From assembly GCA_965242925.1 (NCBI GenBank), contig CBDEUM010000028.1, positions 1 to 17,947 of the forward strand: a stretch of 17,947 nucleotides of DNA, read 5' to 3'. Shown here piece by piece: positions 16,194 to 17,947 of the stretch. Numbering within the stretch: position 1 is the first letter of the stretch; each line of letters opens with the position of its first letter. Under the pieces are notes generated by a model, which was given only the letters and a program-made list of their open reading frames with translations, ran no database searches and was not told where the DNA came from. The translations under genes and the position numbers were made by a program. This DNA is from Roseibacillus sp. GTDB lineage: Bacteria > Verrucomicrobiota > Verrucomicrobiia > Verrucomicrobiales > Akkermansiaceae.

Positions 16194-17081
16194 ATGTCCC
16201 AAGTCTTCGCCATTGCCTGCACCCTGGCTCTTCTCACGGCCATCCGCTGCCTCGCCGTCGAAGTGCCGGACAACTTGAAGAAGGGCAACCTCGTGGCATG
16301 GTGCATCGTCCCGTTCGATGCCTCCGAGCGTGGCCCCGCCGAGCGATCCGCAATGCTCACCGGACTCGGCCTCAAGCGTTGTGCCTACGACTGGCGAACC
16401 AGGCATGTCGCCGAGTTCGAAGAGGAAATCCGGCAGTATAAGAAGCAGGGCATTGAATACTTTGCCTTCTGGGGACAGCACGAGGAGGCCTTCCAACTCT
16501 TCAGGAAACACGATCTTCATCCTCAGATCTGGCACACCCTCGGGAGTCCCAACCTGAAATCGCAAGCCGAAAATGTCTCCGCTGCTGCTGCCGCCATAAG
16601 ACCCCTTGTCGAGCAGACCGCGAAACTGGGTTGCAAGCTTGGGCTCTACAATCACGGCGGATGGGGTGGAGAACCTGCCAACCTCGTGGCGGTCTGCCGC
16701 CTGCTTCACAAGGCGGGACACAGTCACGTCGGGATCGTCTACAACTGGCACCATGGTCACGGACACATCGCCGACTGGGCCGACGTTCTCGGACAGATGC
16801 AACCCTACCTGCATTGTCTCAATCTCAACGGCATGAACACTGCTGCAAAGCCCAAGATTCTCACTCTCGGCCAGGGCCAGCACGACCTCGCCATGCTCCG
16901 GACCACCGTCACGAGCGGCTACCGCGGCCCTATCGGAATCCTCGACCACCAGAGCCACCTCGACACCAGAGAAGTTCTTCTGGACAACCTGACCGGGCTT
17001 GCGTGGCTCACCAGGGAACTGGCCACGCCAAGATCGGGAGGATCGAAACCGACACCTCAAGCCAAGCCCGTGACAAAATGA
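16194..17081 (+). CDS. Sugar phosphate isomerase/epimerase-like (xylose isomerase-like TIM barrel) protein, probably exported
   Basis: LVAWCIVPFD, LGLYNHGGWGGEP, VGIVYNWHHGH, LNLNGM and GYRGPIGILDH, with a hydrophobic N-terminus. Transcribed divergently from the ceramidase-like gene. Confidence 0.8.
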   Translation: MSQVFAIACTLALLTAIRCLAVEVPDNLKKGNLVAWCIVPFDASERGPAERSAMLTGLGLKRCAYDWRTRHVAEFEEEIRQYKKQGIEYFAFWGQHEEAFQLFRKHDLHPQIWHTLGSPNLKSQAENVSAAAAAIRPLVEQTAKLGCKLGLYNHGGWGGEPANLVAVCRLLHKAGHSHVGIVYNWHHGHGHIADWADVLGQMQPYLHCLNLNGMNTAAKPKILTLGQGQHDLAMLRTTVTSGYRGPIGILDHQSHLDTREVLLDNLTGLAWLTRELATPRSGGSKPTPQAKPVTK

Positions 17082-17129
17082 AGATCCCTCCGTTACGCTG
17101 CATCCCAGCCCAGTCTCTACAACTGCGGT

Positions 17130-17927
17130 CTAGTTGGGATCATCATCAGGATCCCGGGTCCAGACCACGCTGCTTCCTTCCTCCAGAGTCTTGACCTTGC
17201 CGCTACCTGTTATGATATCGGCGGGGGCTTTGACCTCCACATGACCATCGGCAAAAAGGAGAAGCCCCCGCTGGTTATGGCGGGCGGCGAAGGCTTTGGG
17301 GCCGGCCTTGGGAGATGCCGAAAAATTCGCCTGTGAGCTGACAACTTTTTTATCCTTGGGCATACCGCGCTCAAGGAAGATAACGGTGTTAACCGGGGCC
17401 TGGATCGAAGCCACGGTGCCCTGCGGCTTGTGTCCCGTTTCGTTTTCCCGGCGCTGCAGACGACTGTTCATGCCGATGGCGAACAACGGAGCCTTGAGCT
17501 TTTTTTCGCTCTTCGGGTAGGGCGCCCCCGGCACATGAAGAGGATATGAGTCTTCATAAAAAAGCTGTGGTTCGCCATCCTCACCAATTTCGCCCACCGA
17601 TTTATGGGCCATTCCCAAGAGAAGGGCATTATACCATACTTCCCTTGCTTCCGGCTCAGCAGCAGCCTCCCAGGTGTCGCCCGAACCAGAGTGGTTCTCA
17701 CGGGGAAGCAGACCCCCATTTTCTCCGGTATAGGCCATGAAGCTCTGGCCTAGATCCTTGATCTTCTGTGTCGCCCGCACAAGGTGGGCCTTTTGACGAC
17801 CGTTCTTCATTACTTGCAGGGTGAGGCCCGCCAGCACCATCACGACCGACATGGTGACCAGAATCTCCATCAGCGTGAAACCTGTCGGCCTCACGGTGGG
17901 AGTCGTTGAGCGGCTCGTAACGTTCAT
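17130..17927 (-). CDS. Prepilin-type N-terminal cleavage/methylation protein with C-terminal H-X9-DG motif
   Basis: G|FTLMEILVTMSVVMVLAGL is a prepilin peptidase site with Glu at +5. RHNQRGLLLFADGH gives H, 9 residues, DG. ATG at 17927; upstream context is cut by the window edge. Confidence 0.9.
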   Translation of the reverse strand: MNVTSRSTTPTVRPTGFTLMEILVTMSVVMVLAGLTLQVMKNGRQKAHLVRATQKIKDLGQSFMAYTGENGGLLPRENHSGSGDTWEAAAEPEAREVWYNALLLGMAHKSVGEIGEDGEPQLFYEDSYPLHVPGAPYPKSEKKLKAPLFAIGMNSRLQRRENETGHKPQGTVASIQAPVNTVIFLERGMPKDKKVVSSQANFSASPKAGPKAFAARHNQRGLLLFADGHVEVKAPADIITGSGKVKTLEEGSSVVWTRDPDDDPN

Positions 17928-17947
17928 GGATCTGAAAGGGGCCACAC

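Overview
GC-rich bacterial window. The gene content (PEP-CTERM protein, H-X9-DG prepilin-like protein, DUF1080, ceramidase-like protein) suggests the PVC superphylum, probably Verrucomicrobiota; this is inference. From left to right: (1) a membrane-fused spermidine-synthase-like gene on the minus strand that runs off the left edge and is absent from the ORF track. (2) A divergent lipoprotein gene with FG-GAP/CRTAC1-type repeats, an ASPIC/UnbV-like domain, a CxxC thioredoxin-like domain and TPR repeats. The track splits it into two ORFs, but they are one reading frame interrupted by a single TGA (4493-4495). That TGA is followed by a hairpin resembling the E. coli fdhF SECIS, so this is a candidate ~1283-aa exported selenoprotein and the main finding. 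(3) A PEP-CTERM protein with one L-type-lectin-like domain, then a 1238-aa secreted protein with three copies of that domain, the first nearly identical at DNA level. (4) A Zn-ribbon protein, a HEXXH metallopeptidase-like protein, a DUF1080 protein, a neutral-ceramidase-like protein, a TIM-barrel isomerase-like protein and a prepilin-type H-X9-DG protein. I saw no RNA genes, CRISPR arrays or mobile elements.
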